DNA from: Dyella sp. | Lineage (GTDB): Bacteria > Pseudomonadota > Gammaproteobacteria > Xanthomonadales > Rhodanobacteraceae | DNA: 24,000 bases | Direction: 5' to 3' | Assembly (NCBI RefSeq): GCF_051962475.1 | Contig: NZ_JBQCCF010000064.1 | Coordinates: 58,284 to 82,283 of the forward strand | Shown here: positions 1 to 8,807 of the stretch, one piece after another | How the letters are laid out: each line of letters begins with the position of its first letter | Position numbering within the stretch: position 1 is the first letter of the stretch | Made by a program: the position numbers and the translations under genes | Notes under the pieces: generated by a model | What the model was told of the DNA's origin: nothing | The model's input: only the letters and a program-made list of their open reading frames with translations | The model's database searches: none

Positions 1-519
1 GCAGTTGCGGGTGCCGCCGATGCCGCGCAGCGCCTGCTTGCCGAAGCGGTCCGACAGCGGGAAGTTGAGCCCGGAGTTCTGCAGCAGCGTGCTCTTGCCC
101 GAGCCCGGCGGGCCGATCACCACATACCACGGCAGCGTGTAGAGATTGCCGCCGCCGTGCTTGGCCTTGCGCAGCGTGTCTACCGCCTCCTGGAAACGCG
201 TGGCGAGCTGGGCGCGTTCACCGACGCTGCGATCGTCGCCGGTGCCGCCAACCGATGTCGCACCGGCATCGGCCCCGGCGATGTCGCCGGACATCTTTGC
301 GGTCTTGCTGCGCAGGCGCATCTGCTGGATCTGCAGCGCCACCACCCACACCACCAGCAGCACGATGATCACCACCAGCCGCGTCACCGGGCTGGCCAGC
401 GGCTGGCTGTCGCCGATGCCGAGGTAAGGACCGCCGAGCCAGATCAGCAGCGACAGCAGCAGCAGGCCGACCAGCGCGATGAACCAGCCGGACTTGAGCA
501 GGGAAAGAAACTTTTTCAC
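1..519 (-). CDS. tssM: TssM/IcmF-family T6SS membrane-complex protein, N-terminal 173 codons (the rest runs off the left window edge)
   Basis: Not in the ORF track because it has a GTG start and is truncated. My reverse-complement translation from the GTG at 517-519 reads VKKFLSLLKSGWFIALVGLLLLSLLIWLGGPYLGIGDSQPLASPVTRLVVIIVLLVVWVVALQ (two hydrophobic helices) ... LYTLPWYVVIGPPGSGKSTLLQNSGLNFPLSDRFGKQALRGIGGTRNC. Walker A GPPGSGKS and the LPWY / GGTRNC blocks are typical of TssM N-termini. The GTG lies 4 nt after the tssL stop, with GGAGGG inside the tssL 3' end. Confidence 0.9.
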   Translation of the reverse strand, partial: MKKFLSLLKSGWFIALVGLLLLSLLIWLGGPYLGIGDSQPLASPVTRLVVIIVLLVVWVVALQIQQMRLRSKTAKMSGDIAGADAGATSVGGTGDDRSVGERAQLATRFQEAVDTLRKAKHGGGNLYTLPWYVVIGPPGSGKSTLLQNSGLNFPLSDRFGKQALRGIGGTRNC

Positions 520-523
520 GCGC

Positions 524-1870
524 TCAACCCTCCGGGATGTACTTGATTTCCACACGCCGGTTGCGCGTGCGGTTGGCCGGAAGATTCGGCGGCAGCGCGA
601 TCGGCTGCGAAGAACCCGCGCCGCTCGATTCCAGCCGCGCCGGGTTGTCCAGGCCCTGGCTGAGGATCTCCAGCACCGAGCGCGCGCGCGCGGCCGACAG
701 CTCGAAGTTGTCCTTGAACTTCAGCGAGTGGATCGGCTGGTCGTCGGTGTGGCCGACCACGATCACCCGTCCGGCCACCTGGTTCAGCGCCGCGGTGATC
801 GCGTGCAGCACCGGCAGCTCGCTGGCGCTCACGTCCACGCCACCGGAAGCGAACATGTCGGCCGCGCCCAGGCGCACCAGCGCGGTGCCGTCGGGCTGCT
901 CGTCCACCGTGAGCTTGCCGGCCTGCTCCTCCGGAGCCAGCAGTTGCTTGAGGCTCTTGTGCGGCACTGGCGGCAGCGCGCGGGCATCCGGCGGCGTGGC
1001 GCTGTCCAGGCCGATCTGAGCGATCTGCGCACTGGCCGGCGCGGAGGCCGCGTTGAGCCGCGTGTAGAACACCACGAAGGCGACCAGCAGCACGCACGCC
1101 GCGGCCGCCGCGATCACCCACAGCGGCACGTAGCGGATCAGCGGGTTGCGCCGGTCCTCGATGCCGCGCCAGTGCGGCGCCAGTTCGTCGGCGGCCGGCG
1201 CGCGCTGCGCCTTGATGCGGCGGTAGAGGTCTTCCTGGATGTCGGCCAGCTTGGCGCGCCCGCCCGATTCGATCTGGTAGCGCCCGCCGAAACCCAGCGC
1301 CAGGCACAGGTACATCAGCTCGATCAGGTCGATGTGCCGGCTGAAGTCGGCGCACAGCCGCTCCAGGATCTGGAAGAACTTGGCACCGCCGTACGACTCG
1401 CCGTGAAAGGTGACCAGCAGGGTCTTCTGCGCCCAGCCGCTCTGCTCGCCCCACGGCGCGTTGAGCACCGACTCGTCGAGCATGGTGCACAGGACGTAGC
1501 GCGCCGCGGTGACCGTCTGCGCCGGCAGGCCGGCGGCGGTGGCGTGGCTCTCGAACTTGCGCACCTGCGCGATCACCTGGTCGCGCAGGTGGGTGGCATC
1601 CGGCGGCGAGACGCTGTGGCGCAGCTGCACGCCCAGCAGCAGCAGCGGGCTCGCGGTCTGCACCAGCGGGTTCATGCCGCCGCCGAGGAACTCGCTGATG
1701 TCCGCGCGCGCCGCCTCCATCGGTCGCGCTGCAATGGGTGCGGCGGCGGGCGGCGGTGGTGCGTAAGCCGGCGCGGCCGGCGTCGGTGCGGCACCGGCCT
1801 GCCCGCGTGGGCGCACCACGGTGGCGTCATCGGGAATGGGCGGGTTGCCGGGGCCGTTCGGTGTGTTCAT
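524..1870 (-). CDS. tssL: TssL (DotU/ImpK family) with a C-terminal OmpA-like peptidoglycan-binding extension
   Basis: 448-aa ORF. The central region is DotU-like (FHGESYGGAKFFQILERL, one TM segment PLWVIAAAAACVLLVAFVVFY). The C-terminus is OmpA_C-like (VVGHTDDQPI...NFELSAARARSVLEIL...NRTRNRRVEI). The ATG at 1870 lies 4 nt after the tssK stop, behind GAGGAGGG. Confidence 0.92.
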   Translation of the reverse strand: MNTPNGPGNPPIPDDATVVRPRGQAGAAPTPAAPAYAPPPPAAAPIAARPMEAARADISEFLGGGMNPLVQTASPLLLLGVQLRHSVSPPDATHLRDQVIAQVRKFESHATAAGLPAQTVTAARYVLCTMLDESVLNAPWGEQSGWAQKTLLVTFHGESYGGAKFFQILERLCADFSRHIDLIELMYLCLALGFGGRYQIESGGRAKLADIQEDLYRRIKAQRAPAADELAPHWRGIEDRRNPLIRYVPLWVIAAAAACVLLVAFVVFYTRLNAASAPASAQIAQIGLDSATPPDARALPPVPHKSLKQLLAPEEQAGKLTVDEQPDGTALVRLGAADMFASGGVDVSASELPVLHAITAALNQVAGRVIVVGHTDDQPIHSLKFKDNFELSAARARSVLEILSQGLDNPARLESSGAGSSQPIALPPNLPANRTRNRRVEIKYIPEG

Positions 1871-1874
1871 GTGC

Positions 1875-3215
1875 TCACCCTCCTCGGATAGCCCAGAGCT
1901 GCAGGTCGAGACCGGCGAACTCGCTGCCGAAATGGAAGGCGATGCCGCCGGAGGTCTTCAACTCGCGCCACATCGGCGAGTGCTTGTCGAACTCGAAGTA
2001 CAGATAGCCCGCGTTGTACGGGATCTGCCGCGGCGCCACCGGCATCGGGCTCACCCCGATGCCCGGCAGTTGCAGGTTGACCAGATCGCGAATCTTCTCC
2101 ACCGGGCCGATCTTGGACACCGCCGGCAGCTGCCGGCGCAGGTCCTCGGACTTCAGATCCGCCTTGGCCGCCAGCACGAAGGCGGCGGTGTCGAGCAGGG
2201 TGAGGTCCGGTACCACCGCCACCCATACGCCGAACTTGCGCTGCTGCAGCGGGATCGGCGTGGCGGTCTGCTCCATCACCGCGCTGAGACTGTTGCGCAG
2301 CGCGACGATCACCGGCTCGAAACTCTCGCGCAGCGCCTCGTGGCGATACGCGGGGAACGCGCTGGGCCGCTTGCCCGGCGCGGTGAACGTGGCCAGCTCG
2401 CCGGCCATCATCACCATCACGCGATACAGCTCCTCCGGATGCACCAGCGGCGCTTCGGCCAGGTGCGCCACCAGCGGCTGGCAGCGGTTGACCACCTGCA
2501 GCAGCAGGAAGTCGGCGATCTCCGCCGCGCCGCCGCGGTCGGTCACCGCTACGCGGCTGGCCAGCGCCTCGCCCCGCTGATGCAGCAGGCCGAGCAGTTC
2601 AGTGAGGAAGGTCACCAGCCGTGGCACCGCTTCCACGCTGAAGCCGCTGGGCATGAAGCTCTCATCCAGCATCACGCGACGGTCGGAGCGGCATTCCACA
2701 ATGCGCGCCAGCGGCAGCCGGGTGAGGCCCTCCAGCGGCTGCGATTCGGGCAGCAGGCGCGCGGTCATGCCGCCTACTTCGAGCAGCGCGGTGCCGTCGG
2801 TGCTGCCGGAGGCGTCGCGCACTTCGGCCTCACGCACGCGGTAGCGGAACAGTTTTTCTGCAGGCGCTTCGGGACGGCCGCTGTCGGGCTGGGTCGGCGA
2901 GCGCAGCGGCAGAGTGAGGTAGACGGTCTGGTCGCGCCAGTTGCCGTCCACGTCCAGCGGCGGCGGTAGCGGATCGTCGCCGGGCATGGCGAACGGCGTG
3001 CCGTCGGGAAATACGCCGCGCGCGCGCTTGATGCCGAGCTTGCCCACGGCGAGCAGGTCGGTTTCCAGCTCCAGCTCGGTGAAGCCCCAGGTGTAGGGAC
3101 GCAGCGCCCCGGCGCGCAGCTCGACGAAGCGCTCCAGGTAGCGCTCGTGCTGCTGCAGGTGCTGGGGCCGCAGAAACAGCCCTTCGCTCCATACCACTTT
3201 GTTGTTCTGCGTCAT
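1875..3215 (-). CDS. tssK: TssK baseplate protein (ImpJ/VasE family)
   Basis: The ORF track gives 1875..3254. I prefer the internal ATG at 3215 (MTQNNKVVWSEGLFLRPQHLQQHERY), which gives the usual short TssK N-terminus before the VWSEG(M/L)FLRPQH(F/L)QQ block. 3254 remains possible. Confidence 0.9.
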   Translation of the reverse strand: MTQNNKVVWSEGLFLRPQHLQQHERYLERFVELRAGALRPYTWGFTELELETDLLAVGKLGIKRARGVFPDGTPFAMPGDDPLPPPLDVDGNWRDQTVYLTLPLRSPTQPDSGRPEAPAEKLFRYRVREAEVRDASGSTDGTALLEVGGMTARLLPESQPLEGLTRLPLARIVECRSDRRVMLDESFMPSGFSVEAVPRLVTFLTELLGLLHQRGEALASRVAVTDRGGAAEIADFLLLQVVNRCQPLVAHLAEAPLVHPEELYRVMVMMAGELATFTAPGKRPSAFPAYRHEALRESFEPVIVALRNSLSAVMEQTATPIPLQQRKFGVWVAVVPDLTLLDTAAFVLAAKADLKSEDLRRQLPAVSKIGPVEKIRDLVNLQLPGIGVSPMPVAPRQIPYNAGYLYFEFDKHSPMWRELKTSGGIAFHFGSEFAGLDLQLWAIRGG

Positions 3216-3278
3216 TCGCTTTGCGCCCATCTCGAAAAGGTTCAACGTCGGCATGGCACCGACGCTTCGTGCATGCGC

Positions 3279-4655
3279 TTACCGTCGCGCGCTGTTGCGC
3301 CGCGCCGACTTCAGCCGCGCCAGCTGTTCCTCGTAGGCCCGCGCGAACTCGTCGCCGAACAGGCGCCGGAAGCAGTCGTCGGGGTTCTTGATCAGCGCCT
3401 CGAAGTTCTCGCGGTACTTCTCCCAGTACTTCGCCTTGCCGCCGAAGGCCGAGCGCTTGCCGCCATCGACCTCCTGCTCCAGCCGGTCCGGGCCGAAGTG
3501 CGCCAGCAGCGACTCGAACGCCGCGCGCACGCCGGCGAGCATCGCCATCTGATGGCAGCGGATGTCGTCGAACGCGTCGTCGAACGCGGCCGGTCCGGAG
3601 AGGAACGCAGCGTTGGGCGGCGAGAGGATCTTCTGCAGCGCCTCATCCGCATTCGGCGCGAACTTCAGCGGGTTGTTCTCCGAACGCTGGATGATGGTGA
3701 CCGGCAGGCGGAAGGTGTTCTTGATCTCGGCGCGCGCGCGCAGCACGTCCATCACGCCGTCGACCACGATGCCGAGCATCTGCTGCACGTCCGGCGACAG
3801 GGGCATGGCGCCGGACGGAGCCGCCATCGCTGGCGCCGACGCGGCCGGAGGCGGCGCGGCGGAAAACGGTGCGGCTGCCGGTGGCGCGAAGGCGGGCGCC
3901 GGAGCCGGGGCGGGAGCAGGCGACCGCGGCGCGAAATCGCCCACGGTCAGGTCCCAGTTCTCCGGCAGCGCCTGCGCCTGGCGCTGCCCCTCGGTGGTCG
4001 GCGGACGGAAGTGGTCTTCCATGCCCGCGCTGTGGTTCCAGCCGGGCGTGGCCGGCGTGGGACCGGCAGGGGCCGGCGCCGACGAGGCGAACGGCGCATC
4101 GAGAAAGCTCAGCGGATCGAGATCGGCGCCCCCCAGCGGCGAGGCGTCGGGTATCAGGCCGCCATCGCGCAGGCCACCGCCCGCCGGCGCCGCGGGCCCG
4201 AGGCCCAGATCCAGGAAGTCGTCCAGCGGATCGGCCGCGCGCGGAGGAAACGGCGACGACGAAGGCGGCGGCGAGGTGGCGAAGATGTCTACCGGCGCGG
4301 GCGCCGGGGCGGGAGCTGGCGCGACGGGCGCGGCCGCCTGCACGTTCACCGACACCTCGAACGAGTCGATCTGCAGGCGATCGCCGTGCTTGAGCGCGGA
4401 GGGCTCGCCCTTCACCAGCGGCACGCCGTTGAGCAGCATGCCGTTGGTGCTGCGGTCCTCGATGAAATAGATGCCGTTGAGGCAGCGGATCATGGCGTGC
4501 ACGCGTGACACGCCCGACGAGCTCAGCACCCAGTCGCAATCCTCCGAGCGGCCGATGCTGCCATCACGGCCTTCGAACGCCTTCTGGCTGCGGCTGCCGA
4601 ATTGCGCGGCATGCGCCCCGGTTACCGCCAGTACCAAGGTGGGTATCGTCGACAC
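3279..4655 (-). CDS. tagH: T6SS-associated FHA-domain protein TagH/Fha
   Basis: N-terminal FHA domain (GRSEDCDWVLSSSGVSRVHAMIRCLNGIYFIEDRSTNGMLLNG...LKHGDRLQIDSFEV), then a long Pro/Ala-rich linker and a conserved C-terminal block. I chose the GTG at 4653-4655 (VSTIPTLVLAV) because AAAGGGGAG sits just upstream. The track's ATG at 4688 would translate through that SD. Confidence 0.88.
   Translation of the reverse strand: MSTIPTLVLAVTGAHAAQFGSRSQKAFEGRDGSIGRSEDCDWVLSSSGVSRVHAMIRCLNGIYFIEDRSTNGMLLNGVPLVKGEPSALKHGDRLQIDSFEVSVNVQAAAPVAPAPAPAPAPVDIFATSPPPSSSPFPPRAADPLDDFLDLGLGPAAPAGGGLRDGGLIPDASPLGGADLDPLSFLDAPFASSAPAPAGPTPATPGWNHSAGMEDHFRPPTTEGQRQAQALPENWDLTVGDFAPRSPAPAPAPAPAFAPPAAAPFSAAPPPAASAPAMAAPSGAMPLSPDVQQMLGIVVDGVMDVLRARAEIKNTFRLPVTIIQRSENNPLKFAPNADEALQKILSPPNAAFLSGPAAFDDAFDDIRCHQMAMLAGVRAAFESLLAHFGPDRLEQEVDGGKRSAFGGKAKYWEKYRENFEALIKNPDDCFRRLFGDEFARAYEEQLARLKSARRNSARR
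3804..4340 (-). repeat. Pro/Ala-rich low-complexity linker inside tagH, with GC-rich (GCN/CCN)n microrepeats
   Basis: The translation contains APVAPAPAPAPAPV and PRSPAPAPAPAPAFAPPAAAPFSAAPPPAASAPA runs between the FHA domain and the C-terminal domain. This is a compositional repeat, not a discrete element. Confidence 0.5.
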
Positions 4656-4749
4656 GCTCAGCTCCCCTTTGCTGCTTGGGCCCGGCACGCCGGCGTCTGC
4701 GCGCCGTGTCGTGCCGCGGCCTGGTGATGACGCGGGTCGGCCAGCGCGC

Positions 4750-5289
4750 TCATGGCTCGCTTCCGCCGGCCTGCAGCAGGCTCATCGCCCGCTCGATGTA
4801 GCTGGTGCGGCGCGCCTCGAACTGCGTGGCATCGAGCGCGGCCATCAGGTTGATCGCGGCCACCGTGGCGCGCGCGGTGAGGTGTTCGGCCGGCGGCACC
4901 GGCGTTTCCTGCGCTGCCGGCGCCAGGCTGCCGCCCGACCAGCCTGCCGCCGCGGCGATCCACGCACCCAGCGCCTTGTAGCCGCCGGCGTGGGCGAACT
5001 CGAACGCGGCGCGCCGGTTGCTCTCGCTGGGATCGCGCACCCACTGTTCGGCCAGCGAGGCACCGATGCGATCCTCCTGCGACAGCGGCTGGTCGCGCGC
5101 GCACTGGCACAGCCAGGCCACCGCGTAGCGCTTGGGCATCAGCCGCGCGAGCAGCTTCAGTGCGTCCTGTGCCTGGCCGGCGGCAAGCAGCTCCTGCACC
5201 GCGGTCTGCGGCGACATGTCCGCACGCAGCCGGGCACTGGCGTCCGGGGTGAGTTCCATCTGGACCGAGGCGTGGATGACTGCCGACAT
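4750..5289 (-). CDS. Hypothetical 179-aa helical protein, translationally linked to vgrG
   Basis: The ATG at 5289 lies 14 nt after the vgrG stop, behind GGGGGA. The sequence looks Ala/Leu-rich and helical (QELLAAGQAQDALKLLARLMPKRYAVAWLCQCARDQPL...). I recognise no catalytic motif and no TM segment. Codon usage matches the core genes. Confidence 0.6.
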   Translation of the reverse strand: MSAVIHASVQMELTPDASARLRADMSPQTAVQELLAAGQAQDALKLLARLMPKRYAVAWLCQCARDQPLSQEDRIGASLAEQWVRDPSESNRRAAFEFAHAGGYKALGAWIAAAAGWSGGSLAPAAQETPVPPAEHLTARATVAAINLMAALDATQFEARRTSYIERAMSLLQAGGSEP

Positions 5290-5303
5290 GCCTGATTCCC
5301 CCG

Positions 5304-7388
5304 TCAGCCGATCATGATGATGCCGCCGGAGACCTGGGTCATGGCGTCACCCTTGACCGAAGTCATGGTGCCCTTGACCGTGGTCATGGCGGTGCCGGCC
5401 ACTTCGAGCATGCCGTCCGAGTGGGCCTTGAGACTGGCGCCGGCGCCCAGGTCCATGGTGGCGCCGGCCTTGATGCCGACCTCCACCTGCCCCTCGATCT
5501 TCACGCCGATGTCGCCGGTGATCTTGATGTTGAGGCCCTTGATCTCGATGTCGCCCGAGCTCTTCATCACGATGCTCGACGCGCCGGTGACCAGCTCGAT
5601 CTCGGTACCTGCACTGAGCTTGAACTTCTGCCCGATGCTGGTGGTGCCGTTCATCGTGACGTCGAGCGTGTCGCCGTTCTGCACGGTGACCTTGCGGTCG
5701 TGCTTGATCGTCTCGGTCTGGTCGTTGTTGACGGTGAGCGTCTGGTTGTTCTCCACCGTGGTGGTCTGGTCGTGCTTCACGGTGAGCGTCTGGTCGTTCT
5801 TGATCGTGCTGGTCTCGTCGTGGTCGATGGTGACCGTGTGGTCGTTTTCGACCTCCTCGACCATGTCCTTCTGCGCGTGGATGAAGAACTGCTCGGAGCC
5901 CTTCTTGTCCTCGAAGCGCAGCTCGTTGGCGTCCTCGGCCGTGCCGAGCAGGCTGCGGCTCTTGATGCCGCTCTGGGTCTTGTTGTCCGGCAGCGCGTAC
6001 GGCGGCATGTTGTCGGCGTTGTAGACGCTGCCGATGATCAGCGGGCGGTCCGGATCGCCTTCCAGGAAGCTCACCACCACCTCCTGCCCCACGCGCGGGA
6101 TGCTCACCGCGCCCCAGTTCTTGCCGGCCCACGATGACGCCACGCGCACCGGGCAGGAGCTCTGCGCCTTGTCCTTGTCCGGCTTGTTCCAGTGGAACGT
6201 CACCTGCACGCGGCCGTACTTGTCCACCGCGATCTCTTCGTCGGTGTCGCTGCCGCACACCACCGCGGTCTGCAACCCCACCACGCGGGTCTTGGCCACG
6301 CTGGGCAGGTTGCGGAACGGCGTCTTGGAGGTGATCGCCTCGAAGCGGCACTGGAACGGCTCGTCGCCCTGCTCCGCGCCGGCGTGGTAGCCGGGGTCGG
6401 ACAGATCGATGGTGGTGGCGGTGACCAGGTATTCCTGGTTGAGGTCGGCGAGCGGGAAGTCCTTCAGCGTGAACAGGCCGCCGGCGGCCATGCCACAGGC
6501 GTTGGTCTGCCCGTCGAACGCGCGGTGCCGCACGTTGAGCGCTTCCACTCGCACCTGGGCGTAGTGGCGGCCGTCGTCGGCGGTCGCGTGCATGCCCGGA
6601 TAGTCGAACACGTCCAGGCCGGACACGCCGTGGAAGCTGCTGCCGTCGTCGATGTTCTCGGTGCCCAGCAGCGAGGTCTTCGGGGTGAGCGGGTCGTAGT
6701 CGGTAAGCTGGTACTTCAGCGCGTGCACGCTCTCGGCTGCGCCCCACGAAAACACCGACGCCGCCTCGCGCTTGCCGTACTCCATCGGCGGGCAGTACGG
6801 GATCTGCGTAAAGCCGCTGATCGCCGCGTGCGCACCCAGCGCATCGGCCAGCACCATGGTGTGCGTGCTGGCGGTGTGGGTGAAGTAGTAGTAGATGCCC
6901 TCCTGTTCCATCAGGCGGGTGATGAAGTCGAACGTGCTCTCGCGGTACTGCACGCAGTAGTCGCGCGCGGCGTAATCGCCACTGAGGCTGAGCTTGACGT
7001 CGGCGTAGCCGATCTCTCCCAGCAGATCCTTGACGATGGTCGGCACGCTCTTGGCGGTGTAGATGCGGCAGTCCACCTTGCGCGTAAGCAGCCACGGCTT
7101 GGGTACCAGCTGCACGCGGTAGCGCGTGTAGCGCACCTTGCTGATCGTCTCGAAGCCGGTCTGCGCCGCCTCGCAGACGATGCCGTGGAAATGGCGCTGG
7201 TAGCCGTCGTCGGTCTTCAGCGTCACCACCATCGGCGTGCCGAGCAACTTGCGCAGCTTCACCGTGGGGTTTTCGCTCAGCAGCTCCACCTCGTAGGAGA
7301 ACAGCCGCCCGAGCTGCTCGCTGGCGCGCATCCGCACGAACAGCAGGGAGTTGTCGATATCACTGTGTACGGTGATTGCGTGGGCCAT
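5304..7388 (-). CDS. vgrG: VgrG spike protein (694 aa, no C-terminal effector domain)
   Basis: MAHAITVHSDIDNSLLFVRMRASEQLGRLFSYEVELLS..., a gp27/gp44-like N-terminal half, the OB-fold block RVASSWAGKNWGAVSIPRVGQEVVVSFLEGDPDRPLIIGSVYN, then a beta-helix repeat region. I chose the ATG at 7388 (GGAGA upstream). The track's 85-codon 5' extension overlaps the upstream gene. Confidence 0.95.
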   Translation of the reverse strand: MAHAITVHSDIDNSLLFVRMRASEQLGRLFSYEVELLSENPTVKLRKLLGTPMVVTLKTDDGYQRHFHGIVCEAAQTGFETISKVRYTRYRVQLVPKPWLLTRKVDCRIYTAKSVPTIVKDLLGEIGYADVKLSLSGDYAARDYCVQYRESTFDFITRLMEQEGIYYYFTHTASTHTMVLADALGAHAAISGFTQIPYCPPMEYGKREAASVFSWGAAESVHALKYQLTDYDPLTPKTSLLGTENIDDGSSFHGVSGLDVFDYPGMHATADDGRHYAQVRVEALNVRHRAFDGQTNACGMAAGGLFTLKDFPLADLNQEYLVTATTIDLSDPGYHAGAEQGDEPFQCRFEAITSKTPFRNLPSVAKTRVVGLQTAVVCGSDTDEEIAVDKYGRVQVTFHWNKPDKDKAQSSCPVRVASSWAGKNWGAVSIPRVGQEVVVSFLEGDPDRPLIIGSVYNADNMPPYALPDNKTQSGIKSRSLLGTAEDANELRFEDKKGSEQFFIHAQKDMVEEVENDHTVTIDHDETSTIKNDQTLTVKHDQTTTVENNQTLTVNNDQTETIKHDRKVTVQNGDTLDVTMNGTTSIGQKFKLSAGTEIELVTGASSIVMKSSGDIEIKGLNIKITGDIGVKIEGQVEVGIKAGATMDLGAGASLKAHSDGMLEVAGTAMTTVKGTMTSVKGDAMTQVSGGIIMIG
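5731..5826 (-). repeat. Imperfect tandem 48-nt repeat (2 units, 39/48 identical by my alignment) encoding VgrG beta-helix repeats
   Basis: Units at 5731-5778 and 5779-5826 both begin acggtgagcgtctggt. At the protein level they give KNDQTLTVKHDQTTTV / ENNQTLTVNNDQTETI. This is intrinsic to the gp5-like spike helix. Confidence 0.6.
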
Positions 7389-7413
7389 CGGTGATGTCTC
7401 CAGGGCAGCCGGC

Positions 7414-8796
7414 TCAGCCGCCGGCCGTCGTCGAAATGCAGCGCGCGCGCACCACCCAGCCCAGCACCGGCTTGCCCGCTTCGCGGCGCAGGGTGTCGGG
7501 GCGGATCGTGATCTGGTCAAAGCCGCTGGCTTGCAGCACGCGCTCCACGTAGGCGTGCGAGTGGCGATAGCGCCCGCTGGAAGTGAGCTCGGCCAGCTCG
7601 CCCTCTCCTTCGATCGCCTCCAGCGTGAAGCCCACCCAGCCACCCGGCCGCAGCGCGCCGGCGGCGGCGCTAAGCACCGGCCCCAGCTCGCCGAAATACA
7701 CCAGGGTGTCGGCCGAGATCACCAGGTCGAACGCGTCGCGGCGGGCGCCCAGCCAGGCGGTCAGCTCGGCCACCTCGAGCGCGTCGTAGCCGCCGCGGGC
7801 ACGCGCCTTGTCCACCATGCCGCCGGACAGATCCACGCCGACCAGCTGGCGCGCGCGTTCGCGCACCAGCGGCGCGCACAGGCCGGTGCCGCAGCCGGCG
7901 TCGAGCACGTCCAGCGAGGCGGGCGCGGACGGCAGTACCTCGTCCAGAAAGCCCATGAGCACTTCCGGCGCGCGGTAGCCGAGATTGTTGAGCAGCTGCT
8001 CGTCGAAGCTGTCGGCGAAGCCGTCAAACACGTCACGCACGTAATCGTCGGCGGCCCGCGGCGGCGCTTCGGCCGCACCGCAGGACGCGAGCATGTGGCG
8101 CGGCACCGGGTTGTCGGGCTCGCGCGCCAGCCAGTCGCGGTAGACCTCGGCGGCTGCCTCGTGGCGACCGAGCATGTACAGCGCGATGCCCACGCCCTCC
8201 AGCGCGCGCACGTTGCGGTCGTCGCAGCGGAACGCCTCGCGGAAGCATTCGGCCGACTGCTCCAGGTGCTCCTCGTTCTGCGCGTGGTTACGCAGGAAAA
8301 GGCCCAGCCGGTAGTGCCCGTGGGCATAACCAGGCGCCTGCTGCAGCAGCCTGGTATAGGCCTCGAACGCATCGTCCAGCCGCTCCTGCGCCTCCAGCAC
8401 CACGGCCAGGTTGCTCAACGCCTGGTAGTGGCCGGGGCCGCACTCCAGCGCGCGGCGGTAGCAGGCCTCGGCATCGGCCAGCCGCCCGCACTCCTTGTGC
8501 ACGTTGCCCAGATTGTTGTGCGCATCGGGATGACGCGGGGTGATCTTCAGCGCCGAGCCGATCAGCACCAGCGCCTCGTCGCTGCGACCGCGCTGATGGC
8601 TGAGCACCCCCAGGAAGTGCAGCGCATCGGGCTGCGCCACCTGCATGTCCAGCACCTCGCCATACAGGCGCTCGGCGTCGCCGAGATTTCCCGCCTGGTG
8701 CGCCTGGATCGCGCGCTGCAGCACCGGCGCATACGCCTTGGGCGCAGCCTTGGCGGCCTTGCGCGAGCGACGGAACGGGCGAGTGGCGGCGTTCAT
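7414..8796 (-). CDS. TPR-repeat / class I SAM-dependent methyltransferase fusion protein (460 aa)
   Basis: The N-terminal ~250 aa carry several TPR-like units (AERLYGEVLDMQVAQPDALHFLGVL, PDAHNNLGNVHKECGRLADAEACYRRALE, YQALSNLAVVLEAQERLDDAFEAY). The C-terminal half has methyltransferase motif I VLDAGCGTGLCAP, post-I VGVDLSGGMVDKA, FDLVISADTLVYF and LRPGGWVGFTLE. The architecture resembles what I recall as COG4976. The ATG at 8796 lies 11 nt after the PAAR stop, with GAGGAAGG spanning that stop. Its own stop is 25 nt before the vgrG ATG. Confidence 0.8.
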   Translation of the reverse strand: MNAATRPFRRSRKAAKAAPKAYAPVLQRAIQAHQAGNLGDAERLYGEVLDMQVAQPDALHFLGVLSHQRGRSDEALVLIGSALKITPRHPDAHNNLGNVHKECGRLADAEACYRRALECGPGHYQALSNLAVVLEAQERLDDAFEAYTRLLQQAPGYAHGHYRLGLFLRNHAQNEEHLEQSAECFREAFRCDDRNVRALEGVGIALYMLGRHEAAAEVYRDWLAREPDNPVPRHMLASCGAAEAPPRAADDYVRDVFDGFADSFDEQLLNNLGYRAPEVLMGFLDEVLPSAPASLDVLDAGCGTGLCAPLVRERARQLVGVDLSGGMVDKARARGGYDALEVAELTAWLGARRDAFDLVISADTLVYFGELGPVLSAAAGALRPGGWVGFTLEAIEGEGELAELTSSGRYRHSHAYVERVLQASGFDQITIRPDTLRREAGKPVLGWVVRARCISTTAGG

Positions 8797-8807
8797 GCAA
8801 GCCTTCC

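Noticed and set aside
5690-5850. Tandem DNA repeats inside vgrG, considered as a possible VNTR or mobile-element signature
   Set aside because: They are fully explained by the periodic beta-helix repeats of the VgrG spike (16-residue periodicity), stay in frame, and are protein-driven.
7389-7643. 5' extensions of the ORF-track models: vgrG to 7643, nuclease to 13857, deaminase C to 12337, ORF148 to 14871, the 145-aa gene to 9938, methyltransferase TTG at 8832, tssF to 20746
   Set aside because: The extensions overlap the preceding gene, are Arg/Pro-rich, and would translate through the SD sequence found just upstream of the internal start. The conserved N-termini begin at the internal starts.
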